A stretch of 63,532 nucleotides of DNA from Desulfatirhabdiaceae bacterium (GCA_050179135.1 JBFXFK010000003.1:4948-68479); one strand, 5' to 3'; counted from the stretch's first letter, positions 1-9,500 are shown. Numbers and translations: made by a program. The notes: a model not told the origin generated them from the letters alone.

Positions 1-1
1 C

Positions 2-94
2 GTTTATGATGAATTGAGTGAATCCTGTAACCGTATCGGCGCGATGCTGGGGAGAATGCTGAAAGGGTCGGATAGCTGGACGGTTGGACTGTAG
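2..94 (+). CDS. C-terminal end of a four-helix-bundle protein gene (23S rRNA intervening-sequence protein family); 5' part lies outside the window
   Basis: Frame from nt 2 reads VYDELSESCNRIGAMLGRMLKGSDSWTVGL, then TAG at 92-94. The C-terminal helix resembles the intact family member at 1127-1492. A simple repeat follows directly. Confidence 0.4.
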   Translation, partial: VYDELSESCNRIGAMLGRMLKGSDSWTVGL

Positions 95-218
95 ACTGTC
101 GGACCGTCGGACCGTGGACTGTCGGACAGTCGGACCGTCGGACCGTCTGACCGTCCCACTGTCGGACCGTCTCACCGTCTCACCGTCTGACTGTCTGACC
201 GTCTCACCGCCTGACCGG
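86..218. repeat. Degenerate 8-bp tandem repeat (GACCGTCN / GACTGTCN), about 16-17 units
   Basis: Read directly: ggactgta gactgtcg gaccgtcg ... gaccgtct caccgcct gaccgg. It fills the spacer between the upstream stop codon and the RBS of the 236 gene. A reverse-complement relative lies at 20025-20123. Confidence 0.85.
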
Positions 219-235
219 AAAAAAAGGAAATCAAA

Positions 236-832
236 ATGTCAAACCAGAAAAAACCATACAAACGACGCCAGTTTTTCATCAAAAAGGACTTCCAGTCCCG
301 GTTCATTCTGTGTTTCTGCCTGCTGATTCTTCTGGGCAATATCCTGGCGACCAGTCTTGTCCTGTATTTTTTCAAGGGCAATCTGACCTCGATGTTTCAG
401 AATTCCAGACTGGTTGTTACGGACACCGCCCATTTCATTCTTCCGGCAGTACTCTATACCAACCTGATTACCATCGTCATCATCTCGTTATCCGTCATTG
501 GGTTCACGCTGCTGGTTTCCCACAAAATTGCAGGTCCCCTGTTTCGCCTGGAACAGGATATCGCGGTGATTGCAACCGGTGATCTAACCCATACCATTCA
601 TCTTCGAAAAGGCGATCAGTTTCGGGAGCTGTCTGCGGACATCAACCAAATGACAGATCAGTTGAACCAGAAAATCATCACAATCCAGACCGGGGTGGCG
701 CGGATCTTGGCAACTGCCGACCAACAGGGCGCCCCATCCGGATTTCTTGACAACCTGAATCTGTTGCATGGCCGGATCGGCCATCATTTTCTGTTGAAAA
801 AGGAGAAAAATGACATCCACAAAACAACATAA
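236..832 (+). CDS. Membrane protein with two TM segments and a HAMP domain, no output domain
   Basis: The N-terminus (KRRQFFIKKDFQSRFILCFCLLILLGNILA) and a second hydrophobic segment are followed by HAMP-like LVSHKIAGPLFRLEQDIAVIATGDLTHTIHLRKGDQFRELSADINQM. An RBS-like aaggaaa lies upstream. Confidence 0.7.
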   Translation: MSNQKKPYKRRQFFIKKDFQSRFILCFCLLILLGNILATSLVLYFFKGNLTSMFQNSRLVVTDTAHFILPAVLYTNLITIVIISLSVIGFTLLVSHKIAGPLFRLEQDIAVIATGDLTHTIHLRKGDQFRELSADINQMTDQLNQKIITIQTGVARILATADQQGAPSGFLDNLNLLHGRIGHHFLLKKEKNDIHKTT

Positions 833-1067
833 CGCGGATGATACCGATACCCTGGCACTTCAGATCGGTCAGTTGGGCCACAAAATGGGTCAGCATCTGA
901 TGGTGGCCGAGGGGTATGCCACCATGCTTCAGAGCAAAATTCCCGATGACACCCGGGAATATGAGTATCTGGCAAAAATCAGGCATCAGATTGTGATGAT
1001 GGCGGAAATCAAGCAGCAGATGATGGAAATTGCAAGACCGGCAACATCTTTCCCCAAAACAGGGTAA
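810..1067 (+). CDS. Small stand-alone protein resembling a histidine-kinase DHp/HisKA phosphoacceptor domain
   Basis: Strong RBS aaggag sits 5 nt before the ATG. LGHKMGQHLMVAEGYATML...IRHQIVMMAEIKQQMMEIARP follows the H-box/dimerisation helix pattern. No ATPase domain follows. Confidence 0.5.
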   Translation: MTSTKQHNADDTDTLALQIGQLGHKMGQHLMVAEGYATMLQSKIPDDTREYEYLAKIRHQIVMMAEIKQQMMEIARPATSFPKTG

Positions 1068-1107
1068 CGACGCAGACCAATTGGGGTGAAGGCATAAAAA
1101 AACGAAG

Positions 1108-1499
1108 TCAGAATTCAGGAGTCAGAATGAGGGACCCATCAAAGAAGTTTGAAGACCTGGTGGTTTGGCGGAAAGCCCATCAGTTTGTGCTTGCTGTTTA
1201 TCGCTTATCGCAATCCTTCCCACACTCGGAAATCTATGGTCTGTCTTCCCAATTTCGCAGATCCGCTGTATCTATTGCAGCCAATATCGCTGAAGGATTC
1301 AAAAAGCGTGGAATCGCGGACAAGCTCCGTTTTCTCAATATTGCCCAAGGGTCCCTTGAAGAATCGAGGTACTATTTGATACTTGTCCATGATCTTGCTT
1401 ATGGTGATGTTTCCGAGCCAACCCGGTTGATTGAAGAAGTCAGTAAATTACTGGAAGCTTACATGCGGGCTATTCTGAATTCCGACTCCTGAATTCTGA
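1108..1499. repeat. 21-bp inverted repeats (1108-1128 and 1479-1499, 20/21 complementary) bracketing the four-helix-bundle ORF
   Basis: Left arm is tcagaattcaggagtcagaat. The reverse complement of the right arm is tcagaattcaggagtcggaat. The arms overlap the ATG (1127) and the TGA (1490-1492). Confidence 0.7.
1127..1492 (+). CDS. Four-helix-bundle protein (23S rRNA intervening-sequence protein / Avd-like family)
   Basis: 121 aa. Family-typical FEDLVVWRKAHQFVLAVYRLSQSFPHSEIYGLSSQFRRSAVSIAANIAEGFKKRG...AQGSLEESRYYLIL. Confidence 0.9.
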   Translation: MRDPSKKFEDLVVWRKAHQFVLAVYRLSQSFPHSEIYGLSSQFRRSAVSIAANIAEGFKKRGIADKLRFLNIAQGSLEESRYYLILVHDLAYGDVSEPTRLIEEVSKLLEAYMRAILNSDS

Positions 1500-1537
1500 A
1501 TACCTGAGTCGTTACAAACTGTGACAGGAGATACCCG

Positions 1538-1945
1538 ATGGAAAAAAAGATTCTGGTGGTGGATGATGAGGCAATCATGCGGGAAATGGCGACAGCCGCG
1601 TTTACCGGCATCGGCTATACGGTCAAGTCGGCTGAAAGTGCGGAGGAAGCGCTTGAAATTCTCAAAAACGAATCATTTCTGGTCATGTATCTGGATTTGA
1701 ATCTGCCGGGCATGAACGGGGTGGACCTGTGCAGACAGATCCGGTCAGACAATCCCGTAGCCATCTGCCACGCGATAACCGCCTATACCTCCCTGTTTGA
1801 ACTGGCAGACTGCCGGGATGCCGGGTTTGAAGATTATTTTCCCAAACCCACAGATTTGAACATCATTTTAAAATCGGCGGAAACCGCATTTGAAAAACTG
1901 GCGCGATGGAAGGTACTGACGACTGGCAGGCCTGCCCCGAAATAA
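1538..1945 (+). CDS. Single-domain response regulator (REC)
   Basis: KILVVDDE ... LDLNLPGMNG ... FPKP receiver motifs. RBS ggag upstream. Confidence 0.9.
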   Translation: MEKKILVVDDEAIMREMATAAFTGIGYTVKSAESAEEALEILKNESFLVMYLDLNLPGMNGVDLCRQIRSDNPVAICHAITAYTSLFELADCRDAGFEDYFPKPTDLNIILKSAETAFEKLARWKVLTTGRPAPK

Positions 1946-1960
1946 TTGCACCCCGGAATC

Positions 1961-1997
1961 AAAAAAGCCCCCGTGTCATCATGGGGGCTTTTTTTTT
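1961..1997. terminator. Bidirectional Rho-independent terminator between convergent genes
   Basis: aaaaaagccccc gtgtcatcat gggggcttttttttt: a GC stem flanked by an A-run and a T-run. Confidence 0.7.
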
Positions 1998-2006
1998 GCT
2001 GACCCG

Positions 2007-4673
2007 TCAAGGGGATTTTGAAGAATGCGCCCCGCTGTCCGGGGGTATAGTGCCGGATTTGGACTCGACCCCGAACATGCCACCCAGCAACCCGTTCAAA
2101 TCCGCCCGGTGAATCGGTTTTGTAAAAAAATGGGAGCATCCGGCCGAAAGACACTTCTGCCGCTCCTCGGAAAAGGCGTGCGCCGTGACCGCAACAATGG
2201 GTATCGGATTCATCCCGCCCTGCTTTTCAATCTGGCGGATTTGACGGGTGGCCTCAAAGCCATCCATGACCGGCATTTCCATATCCATCAAAATGATGTC
2301 GAACCGGCCCTGTTTGAATTTTTCCACGGCCTCCGCCCCGTTTTCAGCCATTTCGATATGAATCGGCGAATCTTTCAGGTAGGCCTGAATCAGTTTCCGG
2401 TTGACCGCCACATCTTCAACCAGCAGCATATCGATGCGTGAAAAAACCGGCGCGATCCCGGTCCGGTCGGTCTTTTGGATCACGGATTTTTGGGGTATAC
2501 CCGGGCTGGTGGGCAACGGCAGGGTGAACATGAAACGGGATCCTTTTCCGGGGATACTCTCCAGGGAAATCTGACCGCCCATCTGCTCGACCAGGCGCTT
2601 GCAGATGGCAAGCCCCAGGCCGGTTCCGCCATATTCCCGGGTGATGGATGCATCGGCCTGAACAAAGCGTTCAAACACAAGCTGATGTTTCTCCGCCGGT
2701 ATGCCAATGCCCGTATCCATCACGTCAAATTGAACCATTTCCGGGTTGTTTCCATCCCGTGCCGGACCGACAGACACCCGGATAAAACCGGTTCCCGTGA
2801 ATTTGATCGCATTCCCCACCAGATTGATCAGCACCTGCTGAATCCGGGTGGCATCGCCGACCAAAACCGGCGGAATTTCGGGCGCGATGCGTGAAACCAG
2901 GTCAAGTCCTTTTTCATGGGCCCGATGGGACAACATTTCAAGTACGGTTTGAATGATCTCCCGAATGTTCAGGGGTGCTTTTTCCAGCACCAACTGGCCG
3001 GCTTCGATTTTTGATAGATCCAGTATATCGTTGATCAAAGCCAGCAGCAACTCGCTGGAATTCTGAAGGGTTTGAAGATAATCCCGCTGCTCGCCCGTCA
3101 GGGGGGTTGCGGAAAGCATTTCGGCCATACCCAGAATGGCATTCATGGGTGTCCGGATTTCATGACTCATTCTGGCCAAAAAATCGCTCTTGAACTGATT
3201 GGCCATATCCGCCCGCTCCTTGGCGGCTTTCATTTCCCGGGCTTCTGACAGGGATCGGGTCAGAGCCACCCGGAAAAAGGACACCCATTCCTGGGTCTGC
3301 CGAAGTCTCAGAAGAATCAGAATGGCCATTTGCGTCAACAGCATGGCCGACGGCAGCATGGGCGAAATGAACATACCGGTTCGGGAAAACCCGTAAAATG
3401 ATCCGGCCCACCAGACCAGTGTCAGCAGACAGCAGCCGGCCAGAATGACAAAAACCCGGCATCGATCGATCACGATGACAATACCCAGTCCGGATATGCA
3501 GAACAACACCAACTCCAGTGTCTTCAGCCACCCCGGGTGCCTGTAGTACCGGTGCTGCAAAACCGTATCCACCACATTGGCATGAATGAAGACACCCGGA
3601 ATCACGGTCTCCATTGCGGTAGCCACCACATCCTTCAGCCCCGACGCAGTCAGTCCAATCAGAATGAACCGGTTTGCAAGCAAATCTGCCGGCACGGTTT
3701 TGTTCAGAATATCCGCGGCTGAAATCTGCGTCACCGCCCGCCAGTTTTGATATGGCCGGATCAATACCCGCCCACCCGGGTCTGTTGGAATGACATGCGG
3801 ACCGATCTGAATGGACTGAATCCCATACCGGTCCATTCGAACAACCGGCCGGTCCGACGGGTATGCGCGGATCAGCATGGCAATGGACAGGCTGGGATAG
3901 ATGTTATCCCGGTGGTGAATTAAAAGGGGAATGCGACGGATCACGCCATCCGGATCCGTGACCACATTCATGAACCCAACGCCGGAAGCGGCCTCTGCCA
4001 AAACCGGCAAGGGCGATTCGACACCGCTGGCATGGAAAAGCCGGTCTGTCAGTTCCGGATAGGTGGCATGCGTCAGAACCGTTGAGCGGAAAGGATGCGG
4101 CATGTCACCCGAAGCGGAAGATGCAGACTCAGATGATTTTTCAAATGTAAACGAACACCCGGTCACATGAGGTCCAGCCGCCAGCGCCCGGGCCAGAATG
4201 TGGTCATGATCCAGAAGTGTTTCCGGAAGTTCTTGAAATTGCAAATGAATTTTAAAATCCTGTTCAAACTGGCGCTGCAGATGTATGGGTGAGGTTCGAT
4301 CCGGTTCGGCAAACAGGATATCCAGACCGACACTTTTGGGATGATGGTGTTCGATCGTTTCCAGCAATTGGGCGATTCGATAGCGCGGCCATGGCCATTG
4401 CCCGAATTGTTTCAGGCTGGCGTCATCGATTGTGACCACAACCGGTGCTGTGGATGGCTGCAGTCCACCCTCTGCCCGGGAGAACTGATCGGTCAGTTGC
4501 AGATTGAGATAGCGGATAAAACCCGGCTGAAGGATGTGAAGCAGCATGAACACAAAAATAGGCAGCAGACCGGTCAGCAACCGGTCGTTTGGTCTGCTGC
4601 GCCATCTGGTCCACACGGTTCGGAGTCGATTTTTCGGGGCCGGGTTGTCACATTTCGGCATCGGAAATTTCAT
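2007..4673 (-). CDS. CHASE2-domain hybrid sensor histidine kinase / response regulator
   Basis: N-terminal CHASE2-like region (VVVTIDDASLKQFGQWPWPR), TM cluster, H-box FLARMSHEIRTPMNAILG, HATPase (NLVGNAIKFT, DTGIGI, GTGLGL) and C-terminal REC (LLVEDVAVN...ILMDMEMPVMDG). Confidence 0.9.
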   Translation of the reverse strand: MKFPMPKCDNPAPKNRLRTVWTRWRSRPNDRLLTGLLPIFVFMLLHILQPGFIRYLNLQLTDQFSRAEGGLQPSTAPVVVTIDDASLKQFGQWPWPRYRIAQLLETIEHHHPKSVGLDILFAEPDRTSPIHLQRQFEQDFKIHLQFQELPETLLDHDHILARALAAGPHVTGCSFTFEKSSESASSASGDMPHPFRSTVLTHATYPELTDRLFHASGVESPLPVLAEAASGVGFMNVVTDPDGVIRRIPLLIHHRDNIYPSLSIAMLIRAYPSDRPVVRMDRYGIQSIQIGPHVIPTDPGGRVLIRPYQNWRAVTQISAADILNKTVPADLLANRFILIGLTASGLKDVVATAMETVIPGVFIHANVVDTVLQHRYYRHPGWLKTLELVLFCISGLGIVIVIDRCRVFVILAGCCLLTLVWWAGSFYGFSRTGMFISPMLPSAMLLTQMAILILLRLRQTQEWVSFFRVALTRSLSEAREMKAAKERADMANQFKSDFLARMSHEIRTPMNAILGMAEMLSATPLTGEQRDYLQTLQNSSELLLALINDILDLSKIEAGQLVLEKAPLNIREIIQTVLEMLSHRAHEKGLDLVSRIAPEIPPVLVGDATRIQQVLINLVGNAIKFTGTGFIRVSVGPARDGNNPEMVQFDVMDTGIGIPAEKHQLVFERFVQADASITREYGGTGLGLAICKRLVEQMGGQISLESIPGKGSRFMFTLPLPTSPGIPQKSVIQKTDRTGIAPVFSRIDMLLVEDVAVNRKLIQAYLKDSPIHIEMAENGAEAVEKFKQGRFDIILMDMEMPVMDGFEATRQIRQIEKQGGMNPIPIVAVTAHAFSEERQKCLSAGCSHFFTKPIHRADLNGLLGGMFGVESKSGTIPPDSGAHSSKSP

Positions 4674-4678
4674 TTTTT

Positions 4679-4705
4679 GGGGTTAGGGGTTAGGGGCTTT
4701 GGGCA
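4679..4705. repeat. G-rich 7-bp tandem repeat (GGGGTTA GGGGTTA GGGGCTTT GGGC)
   Basis: Read directly, immediately 5' of the minus-strand kinase start codon (4673). A related tract lies at 38495-38532. Confidence 0.6.
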
Positions 4706-4875
4706 ATAGTATCTTTAGATAGAATTGGATTGTTCGTCAAGTGGAGAGTCAATCAATTCAATTATTTCCACCTCCCGCCAAGAGAGTGAAGAACCGGATA
4801 TTGCAAATTTCAGGCCGGATATGGTATAGGCTTTGCGTTATGCTTTGAACGGCCACAATCTGCGGGTTCCATATA

Positions 4876-4990
4876 CAGAAGTCAGAATACAGAATTCAGA
4901 AGCCAGAATAAATAGGGAATGGTTGCTGTTTATAAAAATGATATTTTCCTTATTTATTCTGAATTCTGACTTCTGTATTCTGTTTTTCCA
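4876..4990. repeat. About 110-bp imperfect palindromic element built from CAGAATWC-type units
   Basis: cagaatacagaattcagaagccagaataaatagggaatgg...ttccttatttattctgaattctgacttctgtattctg. Two further copies lie at 21035-21270. Confidence 0.8.
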
Positions 4991-5070
4991 CAATTATTGA
5001 CCGACAGCAGTATATGTTTTGCTGTTACCGTTTCTCAATATAGACTTGTGTTTACCAGGAGATGATGATT

Positions 5071-5268
5071 ATGCCAATTTATGAATACGAATGCCAGAAA
5101 TGTGAATGTATATTTGAAAAACTGGTCTATAAGGGTGAAGAGGACGATGTTGTCTGCCCGTCATGCAGCCGGAAAGAGGTCAAACGACGGGTCAGTTGTG
5201 TCAGTTTCATTGGCTCTTCCGTGATCGGTGAATCCTGCGCCGCCCCGGCTTCAAAGGGTTTTTCCTGA
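5071..5268 (+). CDS. FmdB-family zinc-ribbon protein
   Basis: MPIYEYECQKCECIFEKL...VVCPSCS: CxxC...CxxC with the family-typical YEYxC N-terminus. The ORF-track start at 5062 is probably 9 nt too long. Confidence 0.85.
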   Translation: MPIYEYECQKCECIFEKLVYKGEEDDVVCPSCSRKEVKRRVSCVSFIGSSVIGESCAAPASKGFS

Positions 5269-5414
5269 GCGCACTGATTGAATCGGCGGTCTGCCGATTT
5301 TAAGACTGAAGGGGCTGCAACCAGCATTCAGGCAGTGCCGCCGTTGGATGGTCAGGCGGCCTGGCTGCATCTCAATACGCACGACTCAACTCTCACTACT
5401 GAAAAAAAGAAATC

Positions 5415-7271
5415 ATGCAACTGTCCAAACCCCAAGAGGACGCTGTCATCTACATGGACACTCCGGTCCTGGTCACTGCCGGCGCAGGTTCCGGAAAAAC
5501 CCGCACCCTGACTGCCAAAATTGCGCATCTGATTGAAACCGGCATGGACCCCCGGCGGATTCTGGCAATTACATTCACCAACAAGGCCGCCGAGGAAATG
5601 AAGACCCGGTTAACCGAAATGACAGGCCTGTCCATCAGCCACTTTCCCTGGGTGCGCACGTTTCATTCCGCGTGTTTCAAAATCTTCAAGGAGCACTGCC
5701 AGATTCTGGGGTTCACCCCGCCGGTTCAGGTTTATGCAACCTATCAGCAGCAAAAAACCCTGAAGGACATTCTGGTGGCCCGGCTGAATCTGGACAAAAA
5801 ATTCATTCCCATTGTGTCATCGGAAATTTCCCATGCCAAAAATTCCGGCAATCCGGAATCCTGGCTGGCCAAAAAAGGAAAAGCCGCCCATTTTCTGCTG
5901 ACCGACATTTATCAGTTGTATGAAAAAGAACTTCTGGCCAGAAACGCCGTGGATTTTGACAACATCCTGTTTCTGACCCGCAATCTCCTGCGGGATCATG
6001 AAGACATCCGGTCCCGGTATCAGTCCCTGTTTGACTATATCCTGTGCGACGAGTACCAGGATACCAACAATCTTCAGGAAGACCTGACCGGACTGCTGGT
6101 CCGGGACGGCCGGCTGTTCTGCGTCGGGGATGACTGGCAGGCCATTTATTCCTTCCGGGGCAGCAACGTGGACCATTTTCTGAATTTCATGAACAAGTAT
6201 CCCGATGGCCGAATTTTCAAACTGGAACAAAATTACCGCTCGGCCAATGAAATTGTGGACATCGCCAATCATCTGATCAAACACAACACGGGTCGGATGA
6301 AAAAGAAATGCTTTTCCAGCCGGAAAGGCGGCGCGGTTGAACTGCATGATTTCATGAACGAAAAGGAAGAGGCCAACTGGGTGGTCAAAAAAATCGGGGC
6401 CCTTCACAAAAAAGGCATTGCGTATGCCCAGATGGCGGTGCTGTACCGGACCAAATTTTCTTCACTGGCCTTTGAGCAAAGTCTGCGGTCCGCCAACATC
6501 CCGTATCAGATGCTGGGGGGGAAAGGATTTTTTGAACGGAAAGAGATCATGGATCTCAACTGTTATCTCAGCGCCGCGGTGTTTCCCAAGGATGACACCT
6601 CGTTTGAGCGGATTCTGAACATTCCCAAACGGGGTCTGGGTCCCGGGGCCGTCAAAAAGATTGCAGCACTCCAGTCCGAAACCGTCAGCCTGCAGGAAGC
6701 GGCGGTTCTGGCTCTGGCCCAAAAAATTCTGGCGCCCAAAGTGTATTCGGCCATCCGCGGTCTTCTGGATGTTCTGGAACAGGTTCGGGACATGAAACCG
6801 GATGAGGCGGTGCGTCACATTCTGAATGCCGTGGGGTACATGACCTACCTGGAAGATTACACCAAAGCCGATTCCATGGACTTTACCCAGAGACGGGAAA
6901 ATATCGAGCAACTGGTCTATTCCGCCTCCCAGAAGGACACCATTGTGGATTATCTGGAAGAAGCGGCCCTGGTGCGGGAAGACACCGGCGACACCGAGGA
7001 GGATGCCCCGAAAGGTGTCAGCCTGTCAACGGTTCATGCGGCAAAAGGCCTGGAATTTCATGTGGTATTTGTGACCGGATGCGAGGAAAATCTGTTTCCG
7101 CACTGGAAATCCACAGAGGTGGCGTCCGGCATCGATGAAGAACGCAGACTGATGTATGTGGCCATGACCCGGGCGGAAAAGTATCTGTATATTTCCAGCG
7201 CGGATTTCAGAAAAGGACAGTACAATTCCAGAAGCCGCTTTCTGGATGAAATTGAAGCGGCATTGCGATGA
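5415..7271 (+). CDS. UvrD/Rep/PcrA-family ATP-dependent DNA helicase (short, 618 aa)
   Basis: AGAGSGKTRTL (motif I), CDEYQDTN (II), NYRS, TVHAAKGLEF, VAMTRAEK. Confidence 0.9.
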   Translation: MQLSKPQEDAVIYMDTPVLVTAGAGSGKTRTLTAKIAHLIETGMDPRRILAITFTNKAAEEMKTRLTEMTGLSISHFPWVRTFHSACFKIFKEHCQILGFTPPVQVYATYQQQKTLKDILVARLNLDKKFIPIVSSEISHAKNSGNPESWLAKKGKAAHFLLTDIYQLYEKELLARNAVDFDNILFLTRNLLRDHEDIRSRYQSLFDYILCDEYQDTNNLQEDLTGLLVRDGRLFCVGDDWQAIYSFRGSNVDHFLNFMNKYPDGRIFKLEQNYRSANEIVDIANHLIKHNTGRMKKKCFSSRKGGAVELHDFMNEKEEANWVVKKIGALHKKGIAYAQMAVLYRTKFSSLAFEQSLRSANIPYQMLGGKGFFERKEIMDLNCYLSAAVFPKDDTSFERILNIPKRGLGPGAVKKIAALQSETVSLQEAAVLALAQKILAPKVYSAIRGLLDVLEQVRDMKPDEAVRHILNAVGYMTYLEDYTKADSMDFTQRRENIEQLVYSASQKDTIVDYLEEAALVREDTGDTEEDAPKGVSLSTVHAAKGLEFHVVFVTGCEENLFPHWKSTEVASGIDEERRLMYVAMTRAEKYLYISSADFRKGQYNSRSRFLDEIEAALR

Positions 7272-7342
7272 CCCCACGGTTTTCCTGTTGTTTTTGCTAC
7301 CTTCCCGGGGTAATTTCTGTTACATTGCATTCCGTTTAAAAT

Positions 7343-7495
7343 TTCGTGTCCTTCGTGGTTAACATTAAACCCGGAAAAGAATACACCACGAAGGACACGA
7401 AGAACACGAAGGGGTTTATGGGGAGGGGGGTTGTTTTTTTCTTCGTGTGCTTCGTGTTCTTCGTGGTTAATATCAAACACCGGAAAGAATACACC
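7343..7495. repeat. Nested hairpins built from CACGAAGR / TTCGTGTY 8-9-mers with a GGTTAA core
   Basis: ttcgtgtccttcgtggttaacattaaa...ccacgaaggacacgaagaacacgaagg...cttcgtgtgcttcgtgttcttcgtggttaatatcaaa. Related motifs in the opposite orientation lie at 61399, 62522 and 63027. Confidence 0.75.
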
Positions 7496-7524
7496 AGTCT
7501 TCAGCCTTTTAAAAGGAGGTTCCA

Positions 7525-8280
7525 ATGGGTATCATGGGTAAGGTCATTGGCGGCGCGCTGGGATTTGCGCTCGGCGGCCCCCTGGGGGCGATTCTGGGCG
7601 CCACGTTCGGCCATGCCTATGACGCCAGCAATCCGGAGTCGGGCAATCAGACGCTCAGCCCGCTTTCCTACGAAGAATCCTCGCAATTCACATTTTTTGT
7701 GGCCACATTTTCCATGCTGGCCAAACTGGCCCGCGTGGACGGCCAGGTATCCCGGGCAGAGGTGGATTCGGTCCGTCACTTCATGAGCCATGATCTGAAT
7801 CTGGCGCCGGACAGCCAGCAGATTGCACTCAACATCTTTCATACGGCACTGAACTCCCCCCAGACATTCGAGGATTTTGCATCCCAGTTTTATGGCCAGT
7901 TTCATTCCCAACCCCAGATGCTGGAGTTGATGATGGACATTCTGTTCCGGGTTTCCCTGTCGGATGCCGCACTCAATGCCTATGAAGAGAATATGCTTCA
8001 GTCTGCGGCCCGGATATTCGGATTTGCCGGCGCCAGGTACCAGCAGATCAAATCCAAATATGTCCGGGATGTTGACAAATACTACACCATTCTGGGCTGC
8101 ACCCGCAGTGATTCCATCGATACGATCAAAAAACAGTACCGCAAACTGGCATCCGACTATCACCCGGATAAAATCATTGCCAAGGGCCTCCCGGAAGAAT
8201 TTGTCAAATTTGCCAATGATAAATTCAAGGAAATTCAGGAAGCCTACGACGCCATCAAGAAGGAAAAAGGAATCATCTGA
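7525..8280 (+). CDS. djlA: Co-chaperone DjlA (glycine-rich TM, TerB-like domain, C-terminal J domain)
   Basis: Strong RBS aaggagg. The C-terminus YYTILGCTRSDSIDTIKKQYRKLASDYHPDK...EIQEAYDAI is a J domain with an HPD motif. Confidence 0.85.
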   Translation: MGIMGKVIGGALGFALGGPLGAILGATFGHAYDASNPESGNQTLSPLSYEESSQFTFFVATFSMLAKLARVDGQVSRAEVDSVRHFMSHDLNLAPDSQQIALNIFHTALNSPQTFEDFASQFYGQFHSQPQMLELMMDILFRVSLSDAALNAYEENMLQSAARIFGFAGARYQQIKSKYVRDVDKYYTILGCTRSDSIDTIKKQYRKLASDYHPDKIIAKGLPEEFVKFANDKFKEIQEAYDAIKKEKGII

Positions 8281-8300
8281 CACCGGGAAGGATATTTTCG

Positions 8301-9500
8301 ATGAGATTCAACGCATACCGTTTTTCGATTTTTCAGATGGCTGTCTGGTTCTGCATCCTTTTTTCTTTGACTGGCTGCAAAAAGGAACAGCCGGTTGCCA
8401 CCCTGAAACCGCCCGAAGTCACGGTCCAGCGCGTCACCCTCCAGGATGTTCCGGTATCGTTTGAATTTGTCGCTCAGACCCAAAGTTCCCACATGGTCAA
8501 TATCCATGCACGGGTCAATGGATTTCTGGATAAACACCTGTTTGCCGAAGGCATGCCGGTCCGGGAAGGTCAGGTGTTGTTTCAGATCGATCCCAAACCC
8601 TTCCAGGTCCAGCTCGCTCAGGCCAGTGCAGCATTGACCATGCAACAGGCAACCCTGGAAACCGCCCGGGCCAATCTGGCCAGAATCAAACCCCTGGCCG
8701 AACTGAAAGCCCTTTCCCAAAAGGATCTGGATGATGCAACCGGCCAGTTTGAATCTGCTGCGGCGGCAGTGGAACAATCCCGGGCACAGGTCGAGACCGC
8801 CCGGCTGAATCTGTCCTATACCACCATTACCGCCCCCATTTCCGGTATCGCCGGCGCCACCCTTCAGACCGATGGCACCTACATCAGCACCCAGAACAGT
8901 CTCCTGACCACGGTAACGGTGCTGTCCCCCATGTGGGTCAATTTCAGCGTCTCTGAAAATCAGGTTCAGCGACTTCGCAGGGAAAAAGCGGCCGGACTGA
9001 TCCGCGAACCGGCAGGAGATCACTATCTGGTTGAAATCATTCTGGTTGATGGATCGGTTTATCCCCATACCGGAAAAATAACATTTGCCGACCCGGCATT
9101 CAACTCCGAGACCGGTACATTCCTGATCCGGGCCAGTGTCGAAAATCCCAAACGCGTTCTTCGGCCGAACCAGTTTGTGCGAGTCCGGTTAAGGGGTGCG
9201 GTGCGGCCCCGCGCCATTCTGGCGCCGCAGCGGGCTGTTCAGCAGGGCGGCAAGGGACATTTTGTGTGGGTGGTGGGTTCTGACAACAAAACCGAACTAA
9301 GACCGGTTGTGGTGGGGGACTGGTATGAAAACGACTGGTTCATTTCCGAAGGTCTTTCCGAAGGCGATCAGGTCATCACAGACGGGGTCATGCAACTGCG
9401 ACCCGACATGACGGTCACCCTTTCGCCCGGAGTCGCCGCCCAAAAACCGGCGCCGGTTTCCCTGCCCTCCCCTGCCGGTTCCGCAGGCCGCAGCCAATAA
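8301..9500 (+). CDS. RND efflux periplasmic adaptor (membrane fusion protein)
   Basis: Lipoprotein-like signal (LFSLTGC), coiled-coil hairpin region, NLSYTTITAPISGI barrel motif. Confidence 0.9.
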   Translation: MRFNAYRFSIFQMAVWFCILFSLTGCKKEQPVATLKPPEVTVQRVTLQDVPVSFEFVAQTQSSHMVNIHARVNGFLDKHLFAEGMPVREGQVLFQIDPKPFQVQLAQASAALTMQQATLETARANLARIKPLAELKALSQKDLDDATGQFESAAAAVEQSRAQVETARLNLSYTTITAPISGIAGATLQTDGTYISTQNSLLTTVTVLSPMWVNFSVSENQVQRLRREKAAGLIREPAGDHYLVEIILVDGSVYPHTGKITFADPAFNSETGTFLIRASVENPKRVLRPNQFVRVRLRGAVRPRAILAPQRAVQQGGKGHFVWVVGSDNKTELRPVVVGDWYENDWFISEGLSEGDQVITDGVMQLRPDMTVTLSPGVAAQKPAPVSLPSPAGSAGRSQ

